Shown here piece by piece: positions 36,691-46,870 of a stretch of 64,000 nt of DNA. Origin of the DNA: Thermodesulfobacteriota bacterium. GTDB lineage: Bacteria; Desulfobacterota_D; UBA1144; Nemesobacterales; Mycalebacteriaceae. The stretch lies in contig CBDAQI010000004.1 of the NCBI GenBank assembly GCA_965198945.1, positions 77,230-141,229 on the forward strand. The letters run 5' to 3'. The position numbers were made by a program, and so were the translations under genes. Every line of letters begins with the position of its first letter. Position 1 is the first letter of the stretch. The notes beneath the pieces were generated by a model that saw nothing but the letters and a program-made list of their open reading frames with translations, had not been told where the DNA came from and made no database searches.

Positions 36691-38490
36691 TTGATGGCAC
36701 CCGTACGTTTACTTGACGATATATTAATTTCCAAAATCTCCGCCGGTGAAGTCGTTGAGAGACCGGCTTCGGTTCTCAAAGAGTTTCTTGAAAACTCACT
36801 TGACGCCGGAGCGGACAAAATTTCCATCACGCTTGATTCGGGCGGCAAACGTCTTGTGAAGGTTGCCGACAACGGTTGCGGCATGTCGCGCGACGATGCT
36901 CTTCTCTGTATTGAGCGGCATGCCACGAGCAAGATAAGCGATGAGAAAGATCTCGCCCGTGTAAAGACTTTCGGGTTCAGGGGCGAGGCGCTTCCGTCCA
37001 TTGCGGCGGTGTCAAGATTTTCTCTCACAACCCGCCCGGCGGATAAAGAGGTCGGAACTGCAATAGCGGTTGAGGGCGGAAAAATTAAAGGTGTTAAAGA
37101 AACCGGCTGCCCGGTTGGGACAACCGTTGAAGCGCGTTCCATTTTTTACAACACTCGTCCGCGTCTTAGTTTCCTTAAAACAAACCAGACCGAACTTTCA
37201 CGATGCGCCGCGGTAATAAGGTCTTTCGCCGCGGCAAATCATCAAGTTGATTTTGAGGTTCTTCACAACGGCAGAAATTTGTTCCGTTTCACTCCGGCCG
37301 ATTTTGAAGACAGGGTCAGAGAGGTTCTCGGAGGAACCAGTTTGTATCCCATTGAAGCGTCGGGCCGAGAAGGCGGGGCCCGAGTGGTCGGATTTCTTTG
37401 TTCTCCTTCGGACGGGTTTTCTTCAATGATGCGGCTCTACTGTTATGTAAACGGCAGGTATCTGCGTGACAGGTTTTTGAACAAAGTTGTGATGGAGTCT
37501 CTGGGGCGCACATTTGATGCAAAACGCTATCCCCAGGGAGTCATTTTTATCAGCGTTCCCTCTGAGAATATTGATGTCAATGTTCATCCCACAAAGCACG
37601 AGGTTCGTTTCAAATCTCCGCGCGAAGTTGCCGGAGTCCTGATGGACGCCATAAAATCTTTTCTGTCCACGGCTCCCTGGATGACCGGCCGCGAGAAGAA
37701 TGTGCGGCAATCGGTGGAAACTTTTCTGCGCGAAAAAACTGACGGTGCGGGCGGATTTGAAAAACGGTTTGATTTTTCCGGCTCCGCGCGCCCTTCTTCC
37801 GGAGGAAATTTCAAGGAGAGTTCCGGTTCGTCCTACTCCGCGGACTCTCCGGAAACCATAAACCGGCTTCCAATGGGCGATATTAGCGGAGAGGGTTTTT
37901 TCTCACAGCTCAAGGTTCTGGGTCAGGCGGGAGATCTTTACATAATATGTGAGGGGAGGGAGGGTCTTGTTGTTATTGACCAGCATGCGGCGCATGAAAG
38001 GGTCAACTTTGAAAGATTCAGAAACAGTTACCGAAATGACGGCGGTTTGACTGCGCAGAAGCTTCTGATTCCGGAGATTATAGAAATGCGCCCCGAAGAC
38101 GCGGCTTTATTCACCAGGTTTGAGAACAAGATGAAAAATCTGGGCCTTAAGGCGGAGATGTTCGGAGAAAATGCGGTCAGGCTTGAGTCCGTTCCCTCGC
38201 TTGTGTCTTGCATGAGTGCAAAAGACCTTTTTATTGACACTCTCGCCCGGTTGGATGAGTCCGGTTGTCCGGAAATTCCGGGAGAGCTTGACAAAAAAAC
38301 TGAAGATGTTCTTGCCACAATGGCGTGTCACAAGTCAATAAGAGCCGGATACACAATGGCCGAGACCGAGACGAAATCCCTTCTGTCCGATATGGACAAA
38401 TGCGAGTCTCCGCATTTTTGTCCGCACGGCCGTCCCGTTGCGGTCAATATAACCTACGGCGGTCTTGAGAAGATGTTCAACAGGAAGTAG
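36691..38490 (+). CDS. mutL: DNA mismatch repair endonuclease MutL
   Basis: ISAGEVVERPASVLKE, GFRGEALPSI, DVNVHPTKHEVRF, DQHAAHERVNFE, ACH, CPHGRP. Confidence 0.98.
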   Translation: MMAPVRLLDDILISKISAGEVVERPASVLKEFLENSLDAGADKISITLDSGGKRLVKVADNGCGMSRDDALLCIERHATSKISDEKDLARVKTFGFRGEALPSIAAVSRFSLTTRPADKEVGTAIAVEGGKIKGVKETGCPVGTTVEARSIFYNTRPRLSFLKTNQTELSRCAAVIRSFAAANHQVDFEVLHNGRNLFRFTPADFEDRVREVLGGTSLYPIEASGREGGARVVGFLCSPSDGFSSMMRLYCYVNGRYLRDRFLNKVVMESLGRTFDAKRYPQGVIFISVPSENIDVNVHPTKHEVRFKSPREVAGVLMDAIKSFLSTAPWMTGREKNVRQSVETFLREKTDGAGGFEKRFDFSGSARPSSGGNFKESSGSSYSADSPETINRLPMGDISGEGFFSQLKVLGQAGDLYIICEGREGLVVIDQHAAHERVNFERFRNSYRNDGGLTAQKLLIPEIIEMRPEDAALFTRFENKMKNLGLKAEMFGENAVRLESVPSLVSCMSAKDLFIDTLARLDESGCPEIPGELDKKTEDVLATMACHKSIRAGYTMAETETKSLLSDMDKCESPHFCPHGRPVAVNITYGGLEKMFNRK

Positions 38491-38517
38491 TCTCACCTTT
38501 TACGGAGAATAAAATAA

Positions 38518-39084
38518 ATGGTTGTTGAAACAAGTGATTTCCACAGAGGAATGAAGATAGAAATGGATGGCGGAGTATGGGAGATAATTGAGTATCAGCA
38601 CTCAAAAATGGCTCAGCGCAGCCCCATAGTAACGGTCAAAGTGCGCAACATCGTCACGGGCGCCGTGCAGGAGAAAAAGTTTCGTTCGGGCGACAAATTT
38701 GATACTCCCGACATCAGAAAAAGAATCATGCAATTTCTTTATTCAGACGGTGATTTCTATCATTTTATGGACGCCGAGACTTACGACCAACGTGAGCTTT
38801 CAGCGGATCAGGTCGGCAAAGCGGCGGGTTACTTGAGTGAGAATCAGGAAATTCAGGTCAATTTCATCAACGGAGAAGCATATGGAATTGAGTTTCCCAA
38901 AGTGGTTGTTGAATTGAAAGTTGCCGATGCCGAGCCCGGTGTAAAGGGTGACACCGCCGCAAGCGCGACAAAACCGGCGACCTTGGAAACCGGGGCGAAG
39001 GTGAACGTTCCCCTCTTTGTCAATCCGGGTGATATGATAAAAGTTGACACACGAGACGGAAGTTATGTTGAAAGGGTGAAATAG
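38518..39084 (+). CDS. efp: Elongation factor P
   Basis: MQFLYSDGDFYHFMDAETYDQ, PGVKGDTA, KPATLETG, VPLFVNPGD...VDTRDGSYVERV. Confidence 0.96.
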   Translation: MVVETSDFHRGMKIEMDGGVWEIIEYQHSKMAQRSPIVTVKVRNIVTGAVQEKKFRSGDKFDTPDIRKRIMQFLYSDGDFYHFMDAETYDQRELSADQVGKAAGYLSENQEIQVNFINGEAYGIEFPKVVVELKVADAEPGVKGDTAASATKPATLETGAKVNVPLFVNPGDMIKVDTRDGSYVERVK

Positions 39085-39854
39085 GGTTTTTCAAGGGCGG
39101 GTTGCGGCTTCTCCGTGAGGGATTCGGCCGCTTTATAAAGTTGTTTTTTCTGTTTTCCGCTTAAAAACAGACACTGTCCGGCATACAGTTTTTTCGGAAG
39201 TCTGACGGTTCCGAAACGCACTCTCATCAAACGGCTTACCGAACACCCGCATGATTCCCACATGCGCCTTACAAACCTGTTTCTTCCCTCTTTTAGCACC
39301 ACCCTGAACCATTTGTTGCTTTTGTCTTTTGAATTAAGCGCCGTAACTCTTTCAAAACATCCGGTTTTGCCGTCAAGCGGCAATCCGTGAAGGAGTTTTT
39401 CAACGGTCTCTTTCCCGGTATTTCCCCTTACGCGCACAATGTATTCACGTTCAATTCCGTTTGAAGGATGCGCAAGTTTATGCGCGAGAGAGCCGTCCGA
39501 ACAAAAAAGCATCAGTCCCGAGGTGTTAATATCCAGCCGGCCGACGGAAACCCATCTGGAATTTTTCAAGGGAGGCAGGTCGTCAAAAACGACCGGGCGT
39601 TTTAACGGGTCGCTCCGGCTTACGATTTTGCCGACCGCTTTGTTGTAGATAATTACCCGGTCATTTTCCTCAAGCGCCCCGGCGCAGTTTACTTTCACGC
39701 CGTCCACCGTTATTGCGTCTTCAGGCTCGGCCTTATCCCCGAGTTTGCAGACTTTGCCGTTGAGCTCCACCGCGCCCGATTTTATCAACTCCTCAACGCT
39801 CCTCCGCGAACCGATTCCCGCGGCGGCGAGCAGTTTCTGTATTCTTTCCGCCAT
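39063..39854 (-). CDS. rluB: 23S rRNA pseudouridine synthase (RluB-like)
   Basis: S4 domain ERIQKLLAAAGIGSRR; VGRLDINTSGL; EGRNRFVRRMW. Confidence 0.85.
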   Translation of the reverse strand: MAERIQKLLAAAGIGSRRSVEELIKSGAVELNGKVCKLGDKAEPEDAITVDGVKVNCAGALEENDRVIIYNKAVGKIVSRSDPLKRPVVFDDLPPLKNSRWVSVGRLDINTSGLMLFCSDGSLAHKLAHPSNGIEREYIVRVRGNTGKETVEKLLHGLPLDGKTGCFERVTALNSKDKSNKWFRVVLKEGRNRFVRRMWESCGCSVSRLMRVRFGTVRLPKKLYAGQCLFLSGKQKKQLYKAAESLTEKPQPALEKPYFTLST

Positions 39855-40931
39855 TTAGAATCTGGATATAATTTCGTAGAAAGTATTTCTCTGAGCGGGC
39901 TCAAAGCCCGCGCTCTTTATCATGTCGGCAATTTGCTCCGCGCTCGCCTTTGTTCTGTTTTCCGCGCATCTGAGAACGTTTTCCTCATACAGAGTGCCGC
40001 CGAGATCGTCCGCCCCGAAATGCATTGATACGGAACCGATTTTGAATCCCTGAGTGAACCATGAACCCTGAATAAAGCGGAAGTTGTCAAGAAAGATTCT
40101 GCACACCGCAAGCACGCGCAGGTAACGTTCTCCGCCGGCTTCACTTTTGATTTTGCGCTCAAGGAAGGTGTTTGTGGGTTTGAAAATCCACGGTATGAAA
40201 GCCAGAAAACCGCCCGTTTCGTCCTGCAAAGACCTTATTCTTAAAAGATGTTCAACAATGTCTTCATCGCTTTCCAAATGTCCGAACATCATTGTTGCCG
40301 TGGTTTTGAAACCGATTTTGTGAGACTGCCGCGCAATTTCAATCCATCTGTCCGCATCTATTTTCAGCGGACTTATCTTTTTTCGCACTCTGTTTGAAAG
40401 GATTTCCGCCCCGCCGCCGGGCATTGTTCTGAGACCCGCGTCCCAGAGTTTTTGCAGGACTTCTTCGGAATTCATATTTTCATATTTGGCTATTGCCGCC
40501 ACTTCGGGCGGGGAAAAAGCGTGGAGATGCAGTTGCGGAATTTCCTCACACGCCCGTTTGACTATTTCCGTATAATAGCCGAGCCCGATCTCTGGGTTGT
40601 GTCCGCCCTGAAGCAGAACGGTGGTCGCCCCGTTATGGCGGGATGTTTTCATCATCTCAATAAGTTTGTCCACCGTAAGCGTGTAGGAATCAAATGCGCC
40701 CGGCTGTCTCCAAAAAGCGCAGAAAAGACATTCCGTATCACACACATTTGTGTAGTTGGGATTTGTGTCGCACACAAAAGTGACAGTTTTCCCGGGGTTG
40801 TTTCTCTGTCTGCACAGAGAGGCAAGCGAACCGAGCTGCGGAAGGGACGACTTTTCAAGAAGCGCCGCCGCTTCCCCGGAGTCAATTCTTTCACCTTTTT
40901 TAACTTTGTCGCATATTTCGGCAAATCTCAT
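39855..40931 (-). CDS. mqnC: Cyclic dehypoxanthine futalosine synthase (radical SAM)
   Basis: NYTNVCDTECLFCAF, LLQGGHNP, MPGGGAEIL, TTATMMFGH, GADDLGGT..EENV. Confidence 0.9.
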   Translation of the reverse strand: MRFAEICDKVKKGERIDSGEAAALLEKSSLPQLGSLASLCRQRNNPGKTVTFVCDTNPNYTNVCDTECLFCAFWRQPGAFDSYTLTVDKLIEMMKTSRHNGATTVLLQGGHNPEIGLGYYTEIVKRACEEIPQLHLHAFSPPEVAAIAKYENMNSEEVLQKLWDAGLRTMPGGGAEILSNRVRKKISPLKIDADRWIEIARQSHKIGFKTTATMMFGHLESDEDIVEHLLRIRSLQDETGGFLAFIPWIFKPTNTFLERKIKSEAGGERYLRVLAVCRIFLDNFRFIQGSWFTQGFKIGSVSMHFGADDLGGTLYEENVLRCAENRTKASAEQIADMIKSAGFEPAQRNTFYEIISRF

Positions 40932-41033
40932 AACGCACAGTCTAACTTGACACGCCGCTCCGTTCCAGACCCCCGTTTAAAGGTTTCCCCTTATATTGTG
41001 TATGATTTATTTTAATATTCGCGGGTTATCCAA

Positions 41034-41321
41034 GTGAATTCTGTTAGAAAAACTTTCAAAATAGTCAACACTCTCGGTCTTCATGCCAGAGCCGCCGCCG
41101 GTTTTGTAAAACTGTCAAACCGGTTTTCATCAAGTGTAAAGATAGTGAAAAACGGTTGCGAGGTGGACGGGAAAAGCATTCTGGGAATACTTTCCCTGGG
41201 CGCCTCCAGAGGCACGGAAATAGATATTGAATTTTCAGGCGATGATGTTCTGGACGCCGTCAGTCAAATATCCGAATTTGTTGAAAGCGGATTCGGAGAG
41301 GGCGCACACGAAGAGGATTGA
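41034..41321 (+). CDS. ptsH: Phosphocarrier protein HPr
   Basis: GLHARAA (His15), VDGKSILG (Ser46), GFGE. Confidence 0.94.
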   Translation: MNSVRKTFKIVNTLGLHARAAAGFVKLSNRFSSSVKIVKNGCEVDGKSILGILSLGASRGTEIDIEFSGDDVLDAVSQISEFVESGFGEGAHEED

Positions 41322-41336
41322 AGCGCCGGAAGCGAT

Positions 41337-42632
41337 ATGAAAATAATAAAAATAGACTCCGCAAACATTGAGAAAGAGACTGCCCGGATCCGTAAAGCGG
41401 CTTCGCCTTTCAATCCGAAAACCGTCGCCGCCGTATCTGAAATTATTGAAAGTGTCAGAAAACGCGGCGACTCGGCTCTTTTCTCTCTCACAAAAAAATT
41501 TGATCGCGCTCTGCTCTCCGCGCGCACGGTTGAGGTTTCGCCTTCAGAAACGGCCGAGGCGATAGCAAAAGTCTCGCGCTCGGTCATCAGGGATTTGAAA
41601 AAAGCCCGCCGCCGCATAGAGGATTATCAGAAGAAAAAGATGCCGCGCCCCGCCGAACACAAAGATTTATATGGCAACAGACTTGGGTGGGCGGTCAGAC
41701 CGCTTGACAGTGCCGGCGTTTATATTCCCGGCGGCAAAGCCGCTTATCCTTCAACCGTTCTTATGACGGTTGTTCCCGCAAAAGTTGCGGGCGTGAGTGA
41801 AATTGTGATGGTGACCCCGTGTCCCGGCGGTGAGCTGAATCCCGAAGTTATTGCCGCGGCAGGGATTGCCGGCGTAAAACGGATTTTCAAAGTGGGCGGG
41901 GCCCAGGCGGTCGCCGCGCTTGCTTTCGGCACCCGCTCCGTTCCCCGGGTGGATAAAATAGTCGGTCCCGGAAATATCTATGTGACAATTGCAAAAAAAC
42001 TGGTTTACGGCGAGGTTGACATAGACATGATGGCCGGGCCGAGTGAAGTGTTTGTTATTGCGGACGGTTCCTGCCCGGCCGAGTGGGTGGCGGCGGACCT
42101 GCTGGCCCAGGCCGAGCATGACGAAATGGCCTCTCCGACACTTGCCACAACATCCCCTTGCTACGCCGCGAGTGTTAAATCAGCTCTTCTTTCAATGGCT
42201 CGCGGGATTGAAAGAAAAAAAATCGCGCTTGCCTCAATAAGGCGCAACGGAAGAATTTTTACGGTCGGAAGTTTGAATCAGGCCGCGCAAGTGGCAAACG
42301 CGGTCGCGCCCGAACATCTTGAAATTTGCGTAAAATCACCGCGCTCCGTCTTGCGTCTTATCAGGAACGCGGGGGCAATTTTTCTCGGTACCCGCTCCAC
42401 CGAAGCGTTTGGAGACTATATTTGCGGTTCAAGCCACGTTTTGCCGACCGGCGGCGCGGCGAGATTTTCATCTCCTCTGTCCGCGGCGGATTTTGTTAAA
42501 ACCCCGAGTGTGGCCGAACTCACTTCAAAAGGTTTTGAAAACCTTGCGGACACGGTAATAAACCTTGCGTGTTCCGAGGGTCTTTCGGCCCACGCTCTTT
42601 CCGTAAAGGTAAGACTCGGCAAGACTAAATAG
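41337..42632 (+). CDS. hisD: Histidinol dehydrogenase
   Basis: GVYIPGGKAAYPST, KIVGPGNIYV, AGPSEV, LAQAEHD, APEHLE, HVLPTGG. Confidence 0.98.
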   Translation: MKIIKIDSANIEKETARIRKAASPFNPKTVAAVSEIIESVRKRGDSALFSLTKKFDRALLSARTVEVSPSETAEAIAKVSRSVIRDLKKARRRIEDYQKKKMPRPAEHKDLYGNRLGWAVRPLDSAGVYIPGGKAAYPSTVLMTVVPAKVAGVSEIVMVTPCPGGELNPEVIAAAGIAGVKRIFKVGGAQAVAALAFGTRSVPRVDKIVGPGNIYVTIAKKLVYGEVDIDMMAGPSEVFVIADGSCPAEWVAADLLAQAEHDEMASPTLATTSPCYAASVKSALLSMARGIERKKIALASIRRNGRIFTVGSLNQAAQVANAVAPEHLEICVKSPRSVLRLIRNAGAIFLGTRSTEAFGDYICGSSHVLPTGGAARFSSPLSAADFVKTPSVAELTSKGFENLADTVINLACSEGLSAHALSVKVRLGKTK

Positions 42633-42640
42633 GGATTTCC

Positions 42641-43726
42641 ATGGCGGATATTGAAAAAATTCTGCACAGCATTCCGCAGACAGTTCTTGCTTCCTCCGCC
42701 TACGATGCTTCAAGACCAGAGTGCCGAATCAAGCTTGACGGCAACGAAAGCCCTTTTGATATTTCTGCGGAAGTGCGTGAGCGGATTATTGCCGCGGCAC
42801 AGAGTGTAAAACTCAACCGCTACCCCGACCCCGACTGCGAATGGCTGAGGGGCGTCATTTCAGAACAGACCGGAGTTTCTCCTGGCGGCATAGTGTTTGG
42901 CAACGGTTCCGACGAGTTAATACAGATGGCGCTCACCGCGTTTTGCGGGGCTTCCGAAAATGTGCTGGTTCCCACGCCCACTTTTTCAATGTATGCGCTC
43001 ACCGCCGCCAATCTCGGCAAAAATGTCTTTCATGAAAGTCTTGACGGCGCCTTTGACCTTGACGAGAGGGCGATGCTGCGCTCAATAAAATTGCATAATC
43101 CCGATATTGTTTTTCTTGCCTCGCCCAACAGTCCCACGGGCAATCTTTTATCTCAGGCAAAAGTGGAGTCAGTCATAGCCGCCGCCCCCGGTCTCGTTGT
43201 TGTGGATGAAGCTTATTTTCATTTCTGCGGCAAAACACATATTGATCTCATGGAAAAATACGAAAACCTCGCCGTTATGAGGACTTTTTCAAAAATCGGT
43301 TTGGCGGCCATCCGCCTCGGTTTTCTTCTTATGAGACCCGAACTTGCCGTTCAGATGTCAAAGATAAGACTGCCTTATAATATCAATTCCCTTACTCAGG
43401 CCGCGGCGCGCGTTTTTTTTGAAGACCAAACGGCGTTTGAAAAAAATGTGAGAATCATAGTCGCCGAACGCGAAAAAATGTTTGATTCTCTGCGTTCCAT
43501 TGACGGAATAAAGGTTTTTCCAAGTGATGCGAATTTTTTCCTGATACGGTTTCCGGACCCCGCCGCCGCGCAAAAAGTTCACTGCGAGTTGATAAACAAA
43601 AGCATTCTTGTCCGGAATTTTCCGGAGGGAGACATTTCCTGCTGCCTCAGAGTTACGGTTGGTCTTGCCGCAGAGAACCGTGAGTTTGAAAAATGTCTGC
43701 GTGAATTTGTTTCCCGGGGTTTATGA
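42641..43726 (+). CDS. hisC: Histidinol-phosphate aminotransferase
   Basis: KLDGNESP, NRYPDP, GNGSDELI, VVDEAY, RTFSK; follows hisD. Confidence 0.95.
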   Translation: MADIEKILHSIPQTVLASSAYDASRPECRIKLDGNESPFDISAEVRERIIAAAQSVKLNRYPDPDCEWLRGVISEQTGVSPGGIVFGNGSDELIQMALTAFCGASENVLVPTPTFSMYALTAANLGKNVFHESLDGAFDLDERAMLRSIKLHNPDIVFLASPNSPTGNLLSQAKVESVIAAAPGLVVVDEAYFHFCGKTHIDLMEKYENLAVMRTFSKIGLAAIRLGFLLMRPELAVQMSKIRLPYNINSLTQAAARVFFEDQTAFEKNVRIIVAEREKMFDSLRSIDGIKVFPSDANFFLIRFPDPAAAQKVHCELINKSILVRNFPEGDISCCLRVTVGLAAENREFEKCLREFVSRGL

Positions 43727-44476
43727 ACGACGGCGGCGCGAAAACATAAAAAGCCGCACCGCACCGAAAACAATCAGTCCGAAAGCCAGAACCTGTGCGA
43801 CGGAAAGTCCGTCTATCGGGCTCGGAGTTGTTGTTCTGATGAACTCAACGAAAAATCGCTCAATCCCGGCAAGTGTTATGTAAACGGCAAAAAGCCACCC
43901 CTCGGGCGCGGGTCTACGGCGCAGTTTCCAAAGTATTATAAAAACTCCGGTCATTGAAAGTGTTTCATATATTTGTGTCGGGTGAACTGTGTGATATACG
44001 GGCGGGTAGCCGTCGGGAAAAGCCATGGCCCAGGGCAGTGAAGACGCCGTTCCGTAATCATCACCGACGAGCAGGCAGCCGACCCTTCCTATCGCATATG
44101 CGATTGCGAGTGCGGGAGCGGTGGCGTCAAGGGTTTTCCAGACACCCGCTTTGTGTTTGCGCGCACAGTAAATTCCGGCCGCAAGTCCGCCCAGAAAGCC
44201 GCCGTAAAAAGTGAGTCCGTTCCGGGAGAAAATAAGTTCGGAGGGGTTTGCCGCCAGTTGCTCAAAAGTGAAATTTTGCAGCAGAAAAAAAAGTTTTGCA
44301 CCCGCTACCGAACAAATGACTATCCACAAAATCATGTCTTCCGCAAGTTTCGGAGGCGCGTTTTTTCTCTTCAGTTCACGGGCCGTTATGAGGTATGCGG
44401 ATAGAAATGCGAGAGCCACCATCACACCGAAAGAGTTGATTGAAAAACTCCCAACCGTTAGCAGTTCGGGATACAT
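43721..44476 (-). CDS. lgt: Prolipoprotein diacylglyceryl transferase
   Basis: MYPEL, GLTFYGG, AIGRVGC, HPTQIYE, RFFVEFIR. Confidence 0.95.
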   Translation of the reverse strand: MYPELLTVGSFSINSFGVMVALAFLSAYLITARELKRKNAPPKLAEDMILWIVICSVAGAKLFFLLQNFTFEQLAANPSELIFSRNGLTFYGGFLGGLAAGIYCARKHKAGVWKTLDATAPALAIAYAIGRVGCLLVGDDYGTASSLPWAMAFPDGYPPVYHTVHPTQIYETLSMTGVFIILWKLRRRPAPEGWLFAVYITLAGIERFFVEFIRTTTPSPIDGLSVAQVLAFGLIVFGAVRLFMFSRRRRS

Positions 44477-44702
44477 CAGCGTTTGTTTTCCCTGGTTTTT
44501 TCGTCCGCAGTTTTTTCCGCCCGCGTATTTGATTTTTCAAGCAGAAAAACTGAAATAAAAAAACAGACGCATAGCGCCATGTTTAAAAAGAAAAGCTGAG
44601 TGAATGTCATTTCAAAAGACATTTATATCTTTTAACCCGGTTTTTTTCAAACATGTCTTTGATTTTTGTAATAGTTTTTGTCTGACTGTAGACTTCCCCG
44701 TA

Positions 44703-45311
44703 ATGTTGGGTTCTCCGGTTCTTGTTTTAAACAAAAACTACCTGCCCGTCTCCGTAACCAATTTAAGGCGGGCGTTCATAATGCTTTACTGTGGCGAGGC
44801 AAAAGCCGTTTCGGAGAAATATGAGACTTTTGATTTTGACAGTTGGGCAGATATTTCGGCCGCCGCTTCTGCGGGTCTGAAGGGCGACTACATACGAACG
44901 GTTACAAAAATCATAAAAGCGCCCAGGGTTATCATTCTTCTCCGTTACGGCGGTTTTTACAGAAAGCGTCCGAAATTCAACCGTTTCAACATATTTCGCA
45001 GAGACGGCGGAAAGTGCCAATACTGCGGTCGCGCTTTTCCGAAGAGCGATCTTACAATTGACCATGTAACTCCCCGTGCGCTCGGAGGCACAAGCAGATG
45101 GAACAATGTTGTTTGTTCATGCGCTTCCTGCAACCGCAGAAAAGGCGGAAGAACCCCGGAGCAGGCCGGAATGAAGCTGCTGACAAAACCGGTTGAACCC
45201 CAATGGGGCCCTTTTGCGGGAATGTATGCGCGCGCCGTACGCTACAAAGAGTGGGAACCGTTTGTGAACTTTGTTGACGCTTCGTATTGGAACGTTGAGC
45301 TTGAAGGGTGA
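44703..45311 (+). CDS. HNH endonuclease (McrA-like family)
   Basis: VLVLNKNY...NIFRRDGGKCQYCG...LTIDHVTPRALGG..WNNVVCSCASCNRRKGGRTPEQAGM. Confidence 0.92.
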   Translation: MLGSPVLVLNKNYLPVSVTNLRRAFIMLYCGEAKAVSEKYETFDFDSWADISAAASAGLKGDYIRTVTKIIKAPRVIILLRYGGFYRKRPKFNRFNIFRRDGGKCQYCGRAFPKSDLTIDHVTPRALGGTSRWNNVVCSCASCNRRKGGRTPEQAGMKLLTKPVEPQWGPFAGMYARAVRYKEWEPFVNFVDASYWNVELEG

Positions 45312-45570
45312 GACCGGCCCACGCGATTTTTCTTTCTGTCTGCGTCACTTTCATAAAAGAGTAATGGCGCCTCTTTTTCTCATACAGTCCTAAAGACAGG
45401 CTCAGTAAATCGGTGAGCAATCCTTAAAACATAGCCGTCATACAATCTGAAAGGTCTTTTTTTAACAGTCTTATTAACAGGTAAAAAACGAGAAAATGTT
45501 TGTAAAATTGTTGACTTTGAAGACCGTTAATATATGTTGTGCCTCAATAATTTCGAATTTTGGAGAAAAA

Positions 45571-46830
45571 ATGACCTTTAAAGAATTGGACAGTCTTATA
45601 AAAGAGGCCGGATACCGTGGCACAAGTGACCTCAGCGGCTCCCACATCACTATTCAAACGATAGATCAATTTGGAGAAATTTTCGCCGCCGGAATTTCAG
45701 AAGAGCTAAGAAAACAATTCTCAGACAGCCTGCCAAAATCTTCTTCCGAGGATGTTCTGCGAGAATTGGCGGATTACGTTTACGGCTCATGCTATGTAAA
45801 AGAAATTTTCCCCGTCAAAGTAAAAATGAGAAAGCCTTTATCCAGGCTTGCCGTGGAATATATAAACAAAGTTTTTCCTCTCAAAGCAAAAGCAGTTTCG
45901 GAACATAATGTGGTGATTGACAAAGACATTGTTTTTGGACCTTCGGCTTCTCCGCAAATTATCAATGCCGACACATTAACGTTTGACGGTGGTTCCATAA
46001 CAGCTGTCACTACAAGTTTAAGCATAAATGCAAATAAGTTGATCATAACAGGTAAGAGCAGTTCCAATCCTTATCATGTCGGAGTTTTTGGACGGAAAGG
46101 TTCGGACGGCGCAGACGGCAATCCCGGCAAGCATTACACTTCCCCCGCTGTGGCGGGTCATGACAGCAGTGCCCCCACACCGGGCATATGCACTGGTGCG
46201 AGTAATGGCGGCAAAGGAGATAATGGTCTTAAAGGATTTCCGGGGGAGGACGGCAAAGACGGAAAAGACGGCCAGCCCAACATGCCGGCCAATATTTCTA
46301 TTGCTGATATGGGAGACAAATCCAAAGAGATGCCCGTTTTCTGTCCTTCTTGCGGTACGGCTAATGTTGTCATTCTTGATACTGAAACCGCAAACTTTGT
46401 TGTCAGCACTTATTCGGGCGCGGGTGGCGCCGGCGGGATTGGACAGACAGGCGGCAATGGCGGAAATGGTTGCCGCACCGGCTGCGAAGGCACCGACGGG
46501 GGCCAGGCCGGCGATGGCGGTGACGGCGGTGATGGGGGCAACGGCGGCAACGGCGGCAATGGCGCTTCGGGCAACCCGATCACAATTACGTTCCCGATAA
46601 AAGACAAGAATTATCTGCAGACAGTCAGCACAACTGCGCCGCTGGGTTCCGGAGGCGACGAAGGCCGGGCCGGAGTCGGCGGCGATGGCGGTACGGGCGG
46701 TGCGGGAGGCAAGCATAAGACCAACGGGTCGTCCGGCGGACAGGGAAAATACGGTGAAAAAGGTAAAAAGGGCGCGGACGGAACAAGACCGGGCGCTCCG
46801 GGCAATATCGTATTTCATTACACTCCATGA
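45571..46830 (+). CDS. Glycine-rich (Gly-X-X / Gly-Gly-X repeat) protein 1
   Basis: GGAGA RBS before ATG 45571; GSDGADGNPG, GEDGKDGKDG, GDGGDGGDGGNGGNGGNG; no signal peptide. Confidence 0.8.
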   Translation: MTFKELDSLIKEAGYRGTSDLSGSHITIQTIDQFGEIFAAGISEELRKQFSDSLPKSSSEDVLRELADYVYGSCYVKEIFPVKVKMRKPLSRLAVEYINKVFPLKAKAVSEHNVVIDKDIVFGPSASPQIINADTLTFDGGSITAVTTSLSINANKLIITGKSSSNPYHVGVFGRKGSDGADGNPGKHYTSPAVAGHDSSAPTPGICTGASNGGKGDNGLKGFPGEDGKDGKDGQPNMPANISIADMGDKSKEMPVFCPSCGTANVVILDTETANFVVSTYSGAGGAGGIGQTGGNGGNGCRTGCEGTDGGQAGDGGDGGDGGNGGNGGNGASGNPITITFPIKDKNYLQTVSTTAPLGSGGDEGRAGVGGDGGTGGAGGKHKTNGSSGGQGKYGEKGKKGADGTRPGAPGNIVFHYTP

Positions 46831-46870
46831 TTTCCCGGTTCGTTATGAAGTTTTTTATCAGAATTGACTA

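Noticed and set aside
46430..46800. GGCGGCAAC/GGCGGTGAC repeats as a CRISPR array or non-coding tandem repeat
   Set aside because: They are 9-bp degenerate codon repeats encoding Gly-Gly-X inside an ORF; there is no repeat-spacer structure and no cas gene.
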